A DNA stretch of 64,000 nt, taken from Thermoanaerobaculia bacterium. GTDB taxonomy: Bacteria > Acidobacteriota > Thermoanaerobaculia > UBA5066. This document shows, piece after piece, positions 8,601-17,366 of this stretch. Position numbers and translations under genes: made by a program. The stretch's first letter is position 1. Each line of letters begins with the position of its first letter. Where the stretch lies: the NCBI GenBank assembly GCA_038245905.1, contig JBBRRY010000005.1, forward strand, positions 32,001 through 96,000, written 5' to 3'. Under the pieces are notes generated by a model. The model was not told where the DNA came from, did no database searches, and saw nothing but the letters and a program-made list of their open reading frames with translations.

Positions 8601-9681
8601 TGACGTCGGCAACGAAGTCCCCCAGCGAAGACTCGGCCCGGTAGTCGCGGACGAGGCGCTTCGTGAGCGTCCCCGCGGGCGCGCCGGCGGCTTTCCGGGC
8701 CTCTTCGCGATAGGGCGCGAAAAGTGCGACGACCGCCGGGTCGGGCGGCAGCTCGTCGGACCGCACCTCGAGGAGCTCGCCGCGGTAATCCGCGACGCGA
8801 CCGTTCCGGAGCTTGAGCTTCAGATACCCGAGGCGCGTCCCGTAGCCGTACGTCTGGACGATGAGCGTCCCCGTCTTCGGGTGGACGTAGGGTTTCTCGA
8901 TCCCGCGGTGAGCGTGGCCACCGACGAACACGTCGATCCCCGGGACGGCGCCCGCGAGCGCGATGTCCTCGGCGAAGTCACGCTGGACCTCGGGGCGCGC
9001 CTCGGCATCCGTCTGCATCGGGCCCGTCTTTCCCTGGTGGGCGAGCACGACGACGAGGTCGACCCTCGGGCGCAGCTCCTTCACGGCCGCGCGGACTTCC
9101 TCGACGGGGTCCGTGAAGTCCAGCGACGTGATGCCGGACGGGAGCGCGACGCTGCGCGCGTCCATTCCGATGATTCCGATGACGCCGACTCTCAGGCCGT
9201 CCCGCTCGAGAATCACCCAGGGCGGTGCGTAGCGCTTCCCCGTCGCCTTCTCGTAGATGTTCGCGCCGAGCACCGGGAACGAGGCTCCCCTCATGAGCGG
9301 CGTGAAGACGGCCGAGCCGTAGTCGAACTCGTGGTTCCCGATCGCCATCGCGTCGACCTTCAAGACGTCCCATAGGCGCATGAGCGCCTCGCCCTTCGTC
9401 AGGAACGAAAACGTCCCCGTGAAGAGGTCGCCCGAGTCGAACAGGAACGTCGTCTTCTCGCGTGCGCGGATCCGGTTGATCAGCGTCGAGAGCTGCGCGG
9501 CGCCGCCGAGCTGAGGCGAGCCCGGACGCCAGTAGGCCGGGATCGGATCGATCGCGGAGTGAAAGTCGTTCGTATAGAGGATCGTGACCTCACGCTCGGC
9601 GGCGGCAGGAGGTGCGGCAAGGGAGGAGGAGGCCAGACCCGCGGCGACGAGGAGGCATGAAGCGGCGCGCAGCGATTTCAT
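5686..9681 (-). CDS. Large secreted multidomain hydrolase: 5'-nucleotidase (UshA-like), beta-propeller-like repeats, PHP/DUF3604-like metallohydrolase
   Basis: Signal peptide; TNDFHS, DSGD, GNHEFDYG, GGHAH, NAGGLRA; repeated PSIA.D..G..W..W units; FGDPHSHS, VSDH, GWEWT, ASDTH. Confidence 0.8.
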   Translation of the reverse strand: MKSLRAASCLLVAAGLASSSLAAPPAAAEREVTILYTNDFHSAIDPIPAYWRPGSPQLGGAAQLSTLINRIRAREKTTFLFDSGDLFTGTFSFLTKGEALMRLWDVLKVDAMAIGNHEFDYGSAVFTPLMRGASFPVLGANIYEKATGKRYAPPWVILERDGLRVGVIGIIGMDARSVALPSGITSLDFTDPVEEVRAAVKELRPRVDLVVVLAHQGKTGPMQTDAEARPEVQRDFAEDIALAGAVPGIDVFVGGHAHRGIEKPYVHPKTGTLIVQTYGYGTRLGYLKLKLRNGRVADYRGELLEVRSDELPPDPAVVALFAPYREEARKAAGAPAGTLTKRLVRDYRAESSLGDFVADVMRLKSGAEVAFENAGGLRADLPAGPVTRANVIDALPFVNSLVTLELTGKQIREFLEQGLTLERGLIQVSGLAGTYDLGHPPGARLLSVGIGGRPLDDARTYRVATNSFIAQGGDLYQTFLKAAGVADGGVLLSDVVAEFLREAGRVEPPAGGRFVPIPTAPSALDGVATLSKPGRFDKYPSIAFDAAGDLWCAYTSTDGGNDRVVVRRRKGSAWAEEERLDAGEGLESGAKLVLDGKKRIRVFWHGKRKGGWAVYSRARGGDGWGPENRISLKGEDALHPSVALDATGRLWVAWEFLKRGGFGISLVAARDSGWSAPMRIASDGTDRRPALAAPPDGGMWLAWDSTRTGNLDVFVARARLSGGAAPRLEAPVPVTSDAAIDDSPSLACAKDGTLWIAWNSMRGHSADLFRADRHSGDAFVRTYKDGVFAAPVGVAPSALPGQVSFGMVDKSVRDTEEPYWHWKQTQNYPSVFLDGAGRAWIVWRTDATGAHNFDLWARVHDGQRWSPELHLTTFSPGRDEFPAAALAPDGSLALAWEGQALPKPGEKVEGGDVDAYNTHSSRNVVFLGRLTASRDGWTPGEIAAAPPDHFDALPDLEPRTAGPEPRTATAGGGRWHVYFGDPHSHSVLSDAKTGLPDQLLWLSRDRLGLDFAVVSDHSEMGLLQPSEFAELRATAAAFDAPGRFVSLSGWEWTAGSAFGHRVLLYKDDGPDRTLRSSDPDSDTIEKLYRHAKEHDAVMSPHHTGHALWGRWNPAAPHDEALEPNFEIASWHGRYEFYGNPREGRRQVPGHQYQDALRLGRHVGAMGASDTHHLSPGEGGLTAVLAETLDRASIFEAIRNRRNYATTGARIVLEFTADGAPMGSILKSNGPLTFAVRVEGTAAIDRVEIVRNLRDTFAAVRMRQTPGAPDGAYVLYDPKDPQGVTWLPAADTRRVSFAVQDSPDASGETSWYVRVTQADGEQAWSSPVWVRR
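7782..7795 (+). repeat. Dispersed motif CCTTCAAAGAAATC (exact copy)
   Basis: gtcttcccCCTTCAAAGAAATCctgttctcc inside the nucleotidase CDS. Confidence 0.85.
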
Positions 9682-9727
9682 GAGTGCGGAGTGTATCGGC
9701 GGGCGCGCCAACGCTGTAACATCAACC

Positions 9728-10405
9728 ATGCCGCCCCGGATCGACATCGTCTCGCTCCTTCCCGAGGGCCGCGTCTCGTGGGACGCGGCCTTCGCGCTTC
9801 AGAAAGAGGCCGAGGCGCGGGTGAAGGCAGGCGGACGCGAGACGCTCTTCCTGCTCGAGCACACCGACGTCATCACGGCGGGCCGCAACGCTGACCTCGG
9901 CGAGCTTCTGGTCTCCGAGGACCTCCTCTTGCAAAGAGGCGTCCAGCTTCGGATCACGGACCGCGGCGGCAAGCTCACATTCCACGGTCCCGGCCAGCTC
10001 GTCGTCTACCCGGTCCTCGACCTCTCGCATGGACTGCGCGACGTGCGGCAATACGTGCACGACCTCGAAGAGGTGCTCATCCGCAGCGCGGCCGACTTCG
10101 GCGTCGCGGCCGCGCGCAGCGCCGCACCGGAGCGATGGGCCTCGGTCTGGGTGGGAAACGACAAGCTCGCGGCGATCGGCGTCCATCTTTCGCGCTGGGT
10201 CACGACGCACGGCGCCGCCCTGAACGTCGCGACGGACCTGGCAAGGTTTTCGCTCTTTATTCCATGCGGGATCGCCGACGGCGGCGTAACGTCTCTTTCA
10301 GGAGAGAACCCGGGGAATACGCCGCCGGCCCTGCACGAGGTCGCAGACTGTTTCGTGAGCCACTTTCTCGAGGTCTTCGAAAGGGAGAAGGGTGACGCGC
10401 CATGA
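9728..10405 (+). CDS. lipB: Lipoyl(octanoyl) transferase
   Basis: LLEHTDVITAGR, TDRGGKLTFHGPGQLVVYP, KLAAIGV, HGAALNV, IPCGI. Confidence 0.95.
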   Translation: MPPRIDIVSLLPEGRVSWDAAFALQKEAEARVKAGGRETLFLLEHTDVITAGRNADLGELLVSEDLLLQRGVQLRITDRGGKLTFHGPGQLVVYPVLDLSHGLRDVRQYVHDLEEVLIRSAADFGVAAARSAAPERWASVWVGNDKLAAIGVHLSRWVTTHGAALNVATDLARFSLFIPCGIADGGVTSLSGENPGNTPPALHEVADCFVSHFLEVFEREKGDAP

Positions 10406-11070
10406 CGGGACACGCAGACGGGGGGATCTACGAGCTTCTGACCGCGCGTATCGCGCCGTACACCGGAGAGGGCGAAACGCTGCAGTTCGACCGGATCGTG
10501 CGCGCTCCCGTGGACGACGAGACCGTCGGCCTCGTCGCGCAGGCGCTCGTGGACTCCGACTCGGACACGCGTCGTGCGGGGCTGTTCGTCTTCGCGGGCC
10601 TGCAGGACGAATCGCCGGCCCGGCTCGAACCGTTCCGGCCGCTTGCCGGAAAGATCCGCGATCTCCTCCTCGACGTCGAGCCCGCGGTTCGGTGCGACGC
10701 GCTGATGGCGTTTGCGTATTTCGATCCCGAGGATCTCCACGTGGCCGTGCGCGAGTTCCTCACGGACCCCCACGGCCGCAATCGCCTGCAGGCCGTGCGG
10801 ATCCTCGACGCCGAATGCAGCCCGAAGAACCTGTCCACGCTTCTCACGCTCGGCGTCGACCCGTACCACGAAGGCGCCATGAACCTCGCGGACGCGCGCG
10901 AATGGCTCGTCGTGCGCGAAGCCGCGCGCGCCGCCGTCGAGCACACGGTGGACACCCGCTTTCCCGCACGCCTGGAGGAGGAAGAGGTGGAAGGGGTCCG
11001 CTGCGTCTACCACGCGTGGGACCCCGTGTGGAAGTGGGCGGCGCGCGAGGGGATTCGCGGCGCCGGCTAG
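10402..11070 (+). CDS. HEAT-repeat-like hypothetical protein
   Basis: ATGA overlap with lipB; helical repeats L.D.D..TR, LLLDVEPAVR, FLTDPHGRNR. Confidence 0.6.
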   Translation: MTGHADGGIYELLTARIAPYTGEGETLQFDRIVRAPVDDETVGLVAQALVDSDSDTRRAGLFVFAGLQDESPARLEPFRPLAGKIRDLLLDVEPAVRCDALMAFAYFDPEDLHVAVREFLTDPHGRNRLQAVRILDAECSPKNLSTLLTLGVDPYHEGAMNLADAREWLVVREAARAAVEHTVDTRFPARLEEEEVEGVRCVYHAWDPVWKWAAREGIRGAG

Positions 11071-11074
11071 GGCG

Positions 11075-11632
11075 TCACTTCGGCCAGAGCCAGCCGAAAA
11101 AGCCCGCGGTCAGGAGCGCGTAGATCAGGCCGTCGAACGCGCTTCGGAGCGTCGACGCCCAGGACTTCTTGTACCAGATCGACGCCTGCAGAAGCGCAAG
11201 GCTGTAGCCGTAGAACGCCGTGGCGCCCGCGAACCGGAAGACCTTCAGGTAGTGGGCGCCTGGTCCGAGGGCACGGCCGGAGATGTACGCGGCCGTGATC
11301 CCGATGAGGATGCTGTAAAGGAACCACTGTGTGAACTGCTTCCCCATGCCGAATTCGCCGCTGAACACGGTCATCATCGCCCGCGGCCCCGCCTTGAACT
11401 TCTCCTGGAACGCCGGATCCTTCCAGCCCTTCGCGCTCTCGGCGCACGGCACCATGTAATCGCCGGCCGGAATGTCGAGCTTGCGGACGATGGCCATGAA
11501 CTCGTCCTCGGCGGGGAGCTTCTTGTAGTCGGCGGCGTGGTAGCCGAGGAACATGTGGATGATCGAGCTCGTGATGAAGACGGCGACCGCCGAGAGCACG
11601 ATGGGCAGCCAGAGAGAAGCGATGGGCACCAT
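11075..11632 (-). CDS. Hypothetical membrane protein (about 4 TM helices)
   Basis: Strong SD GGAGGAGG, hydrophobic segments, host-like codon usage. Confidence 0.75.
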   Translation of the reverse strand: MVPIASLWLPIVLSAVAVFITSSIIHMFLGYHAADYKKLPAEDEFMAIVRKLDIPAGDYMVPCAESAKGWKDPAFQEKFKAGPRAMMTVFSGEFGMGKQFTQWFLYSILIGITAAYISGRALGPGAHYLKVFRFAGATAFYGYSLALLQASIWYKKSWASTLRSAFDGLIYALLTAGFFGWLWPK

Positions 11633-11697
11633 GGGGCCTCCTCCGTATTGAGATGAGTTCTCGGGCGGATCCTATCGCGTCCCGGTACACTCGGCCC

Positions 11698-12612
11698 GTG
11701 AGCGCGGACGCCCGCCCCCGCTACGGAATCACGCCCCGGCCGGATTGGCTGAAGGTGCACGTGCACGACAACGAGCTGTCGCGCGGCATCGCGGCACTCG
11801 TGGTGGACAAGCACCTCAATACGGTCTGCCAGGAAGCCCGCTGCCCAAATCTCTTCGAGTGCTGGGGAGTCGAAAAGACCGCCACCTTCATGCTCATGGG
11901 TGACGTCTGCACGCGGCACTGCGGCTTCTGCGCGGTCACACAGGGGGCCGGAAAGCCGCTCGATCCCGAGGAGCCGCGGCACGTCGCCGAGGCCGTCAAG
12001 ACGCTCGGAGTCCGCCACGCGGTCGTGACCTCCGTCAACCGCGACGAGCTGCCCGACGGCGGTGCCGCACACTTCGCCGCCACGATCAGAGAGATTCGGA
12101 GCCTCAGCCCCGGCGTCACAGTCGAGGTCCTCATTCCGGACTTCCTCGGGAGCGAGGCCGCGCTCAGGACGGTCCTCGACGAGGCGCCCGAAGTCTTGAA
12201 CCACAACGTCGAGACCGTCGAGCGCCTCTATCGCCGGGTGCGCCCGGACGCGATCTACGCGCGGTCGCTCGAGCTGCTCGCGCGAGCGGCGGGGAGGAGA
12301 GACGAAGAGAAAGAGAAGAAGAAGATTTTTTTGAAGGTGAAGAGCGGCTTGATGGTCGGCCTCGGCGAAACTCGTGAGGAGCTCTCTCGGGCGCTCAGCG
12401 ACCTGCGCGCGGCGGGTGTCGACGTCGTCACCGTGGGCCAGTACCTGCAGCCGCACGCACGGCGGCTCCCGATCGAGCGCTACGTCACCCCGCAGGAGTT
12501 CGAGGAGATCCAGAGAGAGGGAACGGAAATGGGATTCTCGAGGGTGGAATCAGGGCCGCTCGTGCGGTCTAGCTATCACGCGAGAAGGGCGCTTCCCCCT
12601 CCTACCTTCTAA
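11698..12612 (+). CDS. lipA: Lipoyl synthase
   Basis: CQEARCPNLFEC, CTRHCGFC, NHNVETV, KSGLMVGLGE, GQYLQP, PLVRSSYHA. Confidence 0.97.
   Translation: MSADARPRYGITPRPDWLKVHVHDNELSRGIAALVVDKHLNTVCQEARCPNLFECWGVEKTATFMLMGDVCTRHCGFCAVTQGAGKPLDPEEPRHVAEAVKTLGVRHAVVTSVNRDELPDGGAAHFAATIREIRSLSPGVTVEVLIPDFLGSEAALRTVLDEAPEVLNHNVETVERLYRRVRPDAIYARSLELLARAAGRRDEEKEKKKIFLKVKSGLMVGLGETREELSRALSDLRAAGVDVVTVGQYLQPHARRLPIERYVTPQEFEEIQREGTEMGFSRVESGPLVRSSYHARRALPPPTF
12324..12337 (-). repeat. Dispersed motif, 1 mismatch (CCTTCAAAAAAATC)
   Basis: Within a purine-rich stretch of lipA (EEKEKKKIFLKVK). Confidence 0.75.
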
Positions 12613-12618
12613 GAAATC
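12605..12618 (+). repeat. Dispersed motif, 1 mismatch (CCTTCTAAGAAATC)
   Basis: Spans the lipA stop codon; inverted relative to 12324-12337. Confidence 0.75.
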
Positions 12619-12624
12619 CCTCTT

Positions 12625-12858
12625 CTACTCCCCGTCGTTCCCGATCGCCTCGACCGGGCAGGAATCCATGGCCTCCTGGCACTGGGCCTCTTCTTCGGAG
12701 GTCTCCGCCTGTTTCATCACGTACGAGAAGCCCTTGTCTTCCTGGCGCGTGAAATTGGCCGGCGCGGTGACGCGGCAGACGTCGCAGTCGATACACTGCG
12801 TGTCGACGTAAAATTTTCCGGGCGCGTTTTCCTCGTAGCGGTCGTCTTTGTTCGCCAT
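12625..12858 (-). CDS. Ferredoxin (single cluster)
   Basis: CIDCDVC...CP motif; start MANKDDRY. Confidence 0.9.
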   Translation of the reverse strand: MANKDDRYEENAPGKFYVDTQCIDCDVCRVTAPANFTRQEDKGFSYVMKQAETSEEEAQCQEAMDSCPVEAIGNDGE

Positions 12859-12921
12859 CGCAGTGAAAGATAACATGCTGGAATCGGGACTCACTCATCA
12901 GGTTGCATCATTTTAGAGCCC

Positions 12922-13590
12922 ATGACTCCGCGCCGACTCCTCCCACTCTTCCCGCTCGGGAACGTCCTCCTGCTCCCGGAGACAGTCCTTCCCCTCCACA
13001 TCTTCGAGCCCCGCTATCAGGCCATGCTCTCGGACGCGCTCGCGGGCGAACGGCTCCTCGGTATCCAGCTCCTGAATCCGTGGGGTCCCCCAGACGACGC
13101 GGGCCGGCCGGCCGTGTTCGCGGTGGGCTGCGCGGGCGAGGTCGTGGAGCACGAACCGCTCGAGGACGGCCGCTCTAACATTCTCCTCCGGGGCACGTTT
13201 CGGTACCGGATCTCCGGCGAGCGCGACACGCCCACGCCCTACCGGGTGGCCGAGGTCGCCCCCCTTCCGATGCAGCCGCTCCCGACGGACCCCGCCCGAC
13301 CCTCCCGGCTCGAGCTGCGGCATCTCCTTGCGAAGAGCGTGGAGCGCCTCGCGGACTCCGTTGGGCGCGCGCACTCGCGCTCGCTGCCTCCTGAGCTTTC
13401 GGACGAGGGGTTCGTGAACGAGGCTCTCACCCGGCTCGGGCTGGACGCTGAAGAAGGCTATCGCGTGCTCGTGATGGACCGCCTCGAGGAGCGCTACGAC
13501 TGGGCGCTCCAACACATCGTCGGAGTCCAGAAGCGGCTCGATTTTCTCGCGCCGTTCCGGCGGCCCGGGCTCGACCCCCGCTGGAACTGA
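12922..13590 (+). CDS. Lon substrate-binding (N-terminal) domain protein
   Basis: LPLFPL..LLLP..LPLHIFEPRY, DGRSNILLRG..RYRI; no ATPase or protease domain. Confidence 0.9.
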   Translation: MTPRRLLPLFPLGNVLLLPETVLPLHIFEPRYQAMLSDALAGERLLGIQLLNPWGPPDDAGRPAVFAVGCAGEVVEHEPLEDGRSNILLRGTFRYRISGERDTPTPYRVAEVAPLPMQPLPTDPARPSRLELRHLLAKSVERLADSVGRAHSRSLPPELSDEGFVNEALTRLGLDAEEGYRVLVMDRLEERYDWALQHIVGVQKRLDFLAPFRRPGLDPRWN

Positions 13591-13604
13591 GGGAGAATGC
13601 CAGC

Positions 13605-13964
13605 ATGACGCATCCCATGACGACGACGACGTTCACACTGGACGGCTACCGGGTCACCCGCAACCTCGGCGTGGTGCGCGGCATCACCGTGCGCTCACGC
13701 TCGATCTTCGGCACGATCGGTGGCTCCCTCCAGACGATCGTCGGGGGAAACATCACGCTCTTCACTGAGCTCTGCGAGAAGACCCGGAACGAGGCCTTCG
13801 ACATGATGCTCGCGCACGCGCGGAACGTGGGCGCGAACGCGGTGATCGGCGTGCGCTATGACGCGACGGAGGTCATGCAGGGCGTCACGGAGGTGCTCTG
13901 CTACGGCACCGCGGTCGTCGTGGCGTCCGAAGGCACGGCTCCGCATCCCCCGCCGCTCGCCTGA
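13605..13964 (+). CDS. YbjQ/UPF0145 family protein
   Basis: GVVRGITVRSR, GANAVIGVRYD, EVLCYGTAV. Confidence 0.92.
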   Translation: MTHPMTTTTFTLDGYRVTRNLGVVRGITVRSRSIFGTIGGSLQTIVGGNITLFTELCEKTRNEAFDMMLAHARNVGANAVIGVRYDATEVMQGVTEVLCYGTAVVVASEGTAPHPPPLA

Positions 13965-14012
13965 GCCTTCGTCGCGATGACGAGGTTCCGGCCGCTGTCC
14001 TTCGACTCATAA

Positions 14013-14037
14013 AGCGCGCGGTCGGCGGCCGCGCGCT
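14013..14037. terminator. GC-rich hairpin between convergent genes
   Basis: AGCGCGCGGTC-GGC-GGCCGCGCGCT; weak U tails. Confidence 0.4.
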
Positions 14038-14052
14038 CTTCATCCCGCACCG

Positions 14053-14280
14053 CTATTTCTTCGCGGCCTTCTTCTTCGGGACGGCCTTCTTCTTCGCGGC
14101 CGTCTTCTTGCCGCTCGCCTTCTTCGCCGCGGCCTCGAGCTCGGCCTTGGACTTGCGACGCATGTCCATCGCGTGCGCACGGCTGTACTGCTGGATGTCC
14201 TTGAAACGGCCCTCGGCGTCCCTCACGGCGTAGAGCTTCTTCCCCTTGCTCGAGTACATGGTCGTGCGGCGTGCAGGCAT
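14053..14280 (-). CDS. Small basic protein with Lys/Ala-rich histone-H1-like tail
   Basis: SD GGAGG; KKLYAVRD..GRFKDIQ.Y.RAH then AAKKASGKKTAAKKK. Confidence 0.75.
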   Translation of the reverse strand: MPARRTTMYSSKGKKLYAVRDAEGRFKDIQQYSRAHAMDMRRKSKAELEAAAKKASGKKTAAKKKAVPKKKAAKK

Positions 14281-14336
14281 CGTTCCTCCAGCCCCGAAGG
14301 GCGCTTCGAACATGGCGCGACGGACGCGATCTTACG

Positions 14337-15827
14337 TCAGGCCTTCGACGCCGGCATCGCGCGGTCGTGCGCCCAGCTCTTGATGGCCTTGATCTGCTCG
14401 TCCATCGTCCGCGAGAGAGGTACGGTCGCCGTCAGCATCTTCGACATATCGTCCTCGTTCAGCTTCCGCCCCTGGTTGAAAGCCTCTACCGCGGCAGCCT
14501 GCACGGCGGCCTCGATCTCCGAGCCCACGAAGCCCTTCGTCGCCTTCGCGAGGAAGACGACGTCGAAGAGGCTCGGGTCGGACCCGACCTTCTTCAGGTG
14601 GACGTTGAAGATCGCCTTTCGCTCGTTCTCGTTCGGCAAGTCGAGAAAGAACACCTGGTCGAATCGGCCCTTGCGGATGATCTCGGCGGGTAGGAGGTGG
14701 ATGCGGTTTGCCGTCGCCGCGACGAACACGAGCCCCTGCTTTTCCTGCATCCACGTGAGAAACGTCGAGAAGATGCGTCCGAGCGAGGCGTCGCCTCCCG
14801 TGCTCGCCTCCCGGCCGCCCGTGATCGCCATCTCGATCTCGTCGATCCAGAGGAGCGCGGGCGAGAGCGACTCCACCGTGCGGAGGGCTCGTTGAAAAGT
14901 CTGCTCCGGATTGTCCGTGCCGAAAACGAGGTTCATGTCGAGGCGGAAGAGGGGCAGGTTCCAGAGAGCGGAGATGGCCTTCACGGAGAGCGATTTCCCG
15001 CAGCCCGACATCCCCATGAGGAGGATTCCCTTGGGCACCGGCATGCCGGCGTCGAGCGCCTCCTTCGTGAAGAGCTTCTTACGCTTCACGAGCCACTCCT
15101 TGAGGTTCTCCAGCCCCCCGACGTCCGCGAGAGTGAAGCGCGGCGGCACGAACTCGAGTACGCCGTCCTTGCGCGTCGCCTGCTCCTTCTCGGCGAGGAC
15201 CTCGAAGTAGGATTCTTCGTCGAAGACGGGCCGGCGCGAGAACACCTTCGAGACGACGTGCTCGGTCTCGTCCTGTGTGAGCCCCTTCAATCCCATGGCA
15301 AGGCGCTTCGCGTCCTCGTCCGAGAGGCCCTTCTCGCCGAAGTAACGCTTCCCGAGGTGGCCGAGGAGGAAAAGGATCTCGCTCTCGTCCGGAAGGTCGT
15401 AGTCGAGGACGTAGATCTCTTTCTTCAAGTCGTCGGGGATGACGAGACGCGGTGAGACGAGGATGAGAAACCGGCCCTTGCCCTTGAGCGCCCGGTAGGC
15501 GTCCCGGAGTCGCCGCACGACCTCCGGTTTGGCGACGAAAGCGGTGAGGTCCTTCATCAGGAAGAACCCCGGCCCGGCCGCCGCGAGGATCGCGTCGAGC
15601 GCCTTGAGGGGGTCCGCCGTGTCGGGCCAGCGCTCGGTTCCCGCCACGATCCCGTCGACGCAGCTCCAGATGGCGAACGGCACGGGCTTGTCGTAGAACT
15701 TTTGCGCGAGGGTCGCGACGGCGCGCTCGACGCGCCCTTCCTCCCAGGACACCACGTAGAGAAGCGGGTAGCCGCCCAGCAGGGCGCGCCGGATCCGCTC
15801 GGGTCCACGGACCGCTATTTCATTCAT
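14337..15827 (-). CDS. Ycf46-family AAA+ ATPase
   Basis: YPLLYVVSWEE.R, VGGLENLKEWL, Walker A GMSGCGKS, WIDEIE, FLTWMQE, RKGRFD. Confidence 0.92.
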   Translation of the reverse strand: MNEIAVRGPERIRRALLGGYPLLYVVSWEEGRVERAVATLAQKFYDKPVPFAIWSCVDGIVAGTERWPDTADPLKALDAILAAAGPGFFLMKDLTAFVAKPEVVRRLRDAYRALKGKGRFLILVSPRLVIPDDLKKEIYVLDYDLPDESEILFLLGHLGKRYFGEKGLSDEDAKRLAMGLKGLTQDETEHVVSKVFSRRPVFDEESYFEVLAEKEQATRKDGVLEFVPPRFTLADVGGLENLKEWLVKRKKLFTKEALDAGMPVPKGILLMGMSGCGKSLSVKAISALWNLPLFRLDMNLVFGTDNPEQTFQRALRTVESLSPALLWIDEIEMAITGGREASTGGDASLGRIFSTFLTWMQEKQGLVFVAATANRIHLLPAEIIRKGRFDQVFFLDLPNENERKAIFNVHLKKVGSDPSLFDVVFLAKATKGFVGSEIEAAVQAAAVEAFNQGRKLNEDDMSKMLTATVPLSRTMDEQIKAIKSWAHDRAMPASKA

Positions 15828-15865
15828 TCCCGTGAATGTTACAGGCTCCGCTAAACTACGAGGCC

Positions 15866-17362
15866 GTGAACCCGGAACATCTCGAGCGCCTGCAGTCGCC
15901 CGACTGGAACGAGTGGCGGGCCGAGCGCCCCTCGCTCACTCCGGACTTCACCGAGGTGCGCCTCAGCGGCGCCGATCTCTCGGGAAAGAATCTCGCCGGC
16001 GCCGACCTCTCCCGGGCGAAGTTCGAGGGGTGCAACCTCGAGGGCGCCAGCCTTTCGCGCGCGCATCTCACGGGAGCCTCCCTGAACGGCTCGAAGCTCG
16101 ACCGGGCCGACCTCTCGGAGACGGACCTCGACTACCTGATTTTCGAACGCGTGTCGTTCATCGGCGCGATCTTCCGGAACGCGACGCTCCGAAGCGCCAG
16201 CGTGCGCGAATCGGTCATGACGGCCGTGGACATGACCGGCGCGAAGCTGGATGGCACCGACTTCACCGCGACCGACTTCTCCTACGGCCGACTCCTCTAT
16301 GCGAATTTTCGCGGCGCGCAGCTCGACCGCTGCGTCTTCGAGGGCACCGACCTCACGCAGGCGGTCTTCGACGGCGTGACCTACCGGAAGGGCCGATTCG
16401 ACAAGGCGAACCTGACGCTTTCGTTCTTTCGCGACGCGAAGCTGACGGGAACGTCTTTCAAGGGCGCCAAGCTCCAGCGCGCCGTTCTCCGCGGCGCTGA
16501 GGCGAACGGAGCCGACTTCACGGGCGCCGACCTCTCCGAGGCCGACTTCGAGCGCGTCGTGGCGCAGGCTGCCATCTTCTCGGACGCCGTCATGCGGAAG
16601 ACGAGCGCCCATCGCGCGGACTTCCGGAACGCGACCTTCCTGGGCGCGCAGCTCGAAGAGACCGACTTCACGGGGGCCGCTCTCGACAAGGTCGACCTCC
16701 GAACGCCGAAGATGCGGCTCCCGAACTTCACGGCGGCGCGCCTCCTGGAGGCGAACGGCGCCCGCGCGAACCTCCGCGGATCGAACTTCACGGAAGCCGA
16801 CCTCTCGGGCGCCGACCTCTCGGAGGCGAACCTCGAAGGCTGCATCATGGCAAAGGTGAAGCTCGCACGGACGAACCTCCGCCGCGCGAATCTGAAACGG
16901 GCCCGGCTCTCGGGCGCGATCGCGGTGGGAGCGGACCTGTCCGGCGCCAACCTCTTCGGCATCGAGGCCGACGACGCCGATTTCTCGGCCAGCGATCTGC
17001 GCTTCGCCCAGCTCGTCGGCGCGAAGCTCGACGGAGCCGCGTTCAAGCAGGCGAATATCGGGGGCGCCGACTTCTCGGAGGCGCGGCTCAGCGGAACCTC
17101 TTTCATCGGGGCGTTCGGAGAGAACGCGAAGTTCACGGGCCAGCTGCACCTGAAGCTGGTTCTGGCCGCGAGCTCGTTCCTCGGCTCGGCGAAGAAGAAG
17201 AGCGCTCAGATCGAGCGCGAGAAAGAAACCGAACGCCTCTCCCGGCTCGCCACGCTCGAGCGAAACGCGGACGATCGCGCGCGCGCGATGGGGATCCGTC
17301 GCGACGCGGACGACGCGAAGGAGCCTGTCCGCTCGTCGCCCGGAACCCCGAAGAAAAGCTGA
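15866..17362 (+). CDS. Very long pentapeptide-repeat protein
   Basis: About 400 aa of A(D/N)LxG-type repeats after NPEHL..WNEWR; charged C-terminal tail; start GTG 15866 (ATG 15836 possible). Confidence 0.92.
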   Translation: MNPEHLERLQSPDWNEWRAERPSLTPDFTEVRLSGADLSGKNLAGADLSRAKFEGCNLEGASLSRAHLTGASLNGSKLDRADLSETDLDYLIFERVSFIGAIFRNATLRSASVRESVMTAVDMTGAKLDGTDFTATDFSYGRLLYANFRGAQLDRCVFEGTDLTQAVFDGVTYRKGRFDKANLTLSFFRDAKLTGTSFKGAKLQRAVLRGAEANGADFTGADLSEADFERVVAQAAIFSDAVMRKTSAHRADFRNATFLGAQLEETDFTGAALDKVDLRTPKMRLPNFTAARLLEANGARANLRGSNFTEADLSGADLSEANLEGCIMAKVKLARTNLRRANLKRARLSGAIAVGADLSGANLFGIEADDADFSASDLRFAQLVGAKLDGAAFKQANIGGADFSEARLSGTSFIGAFGENAKFTGQLHLKLVLAASSFLGSAKKKSAQIEREKETERLSRLATLERNADDRARAMGIRRDADDAKEPVRSSPGTPKKS

Positions 17363-17366
17363 CCGG

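Noticed and set aside
15866-17150. CRISPR or DNA tandem array
   Set aside because: The 15-bp periodicity is explained by pentapeptide repeats; no spacers or cas genes
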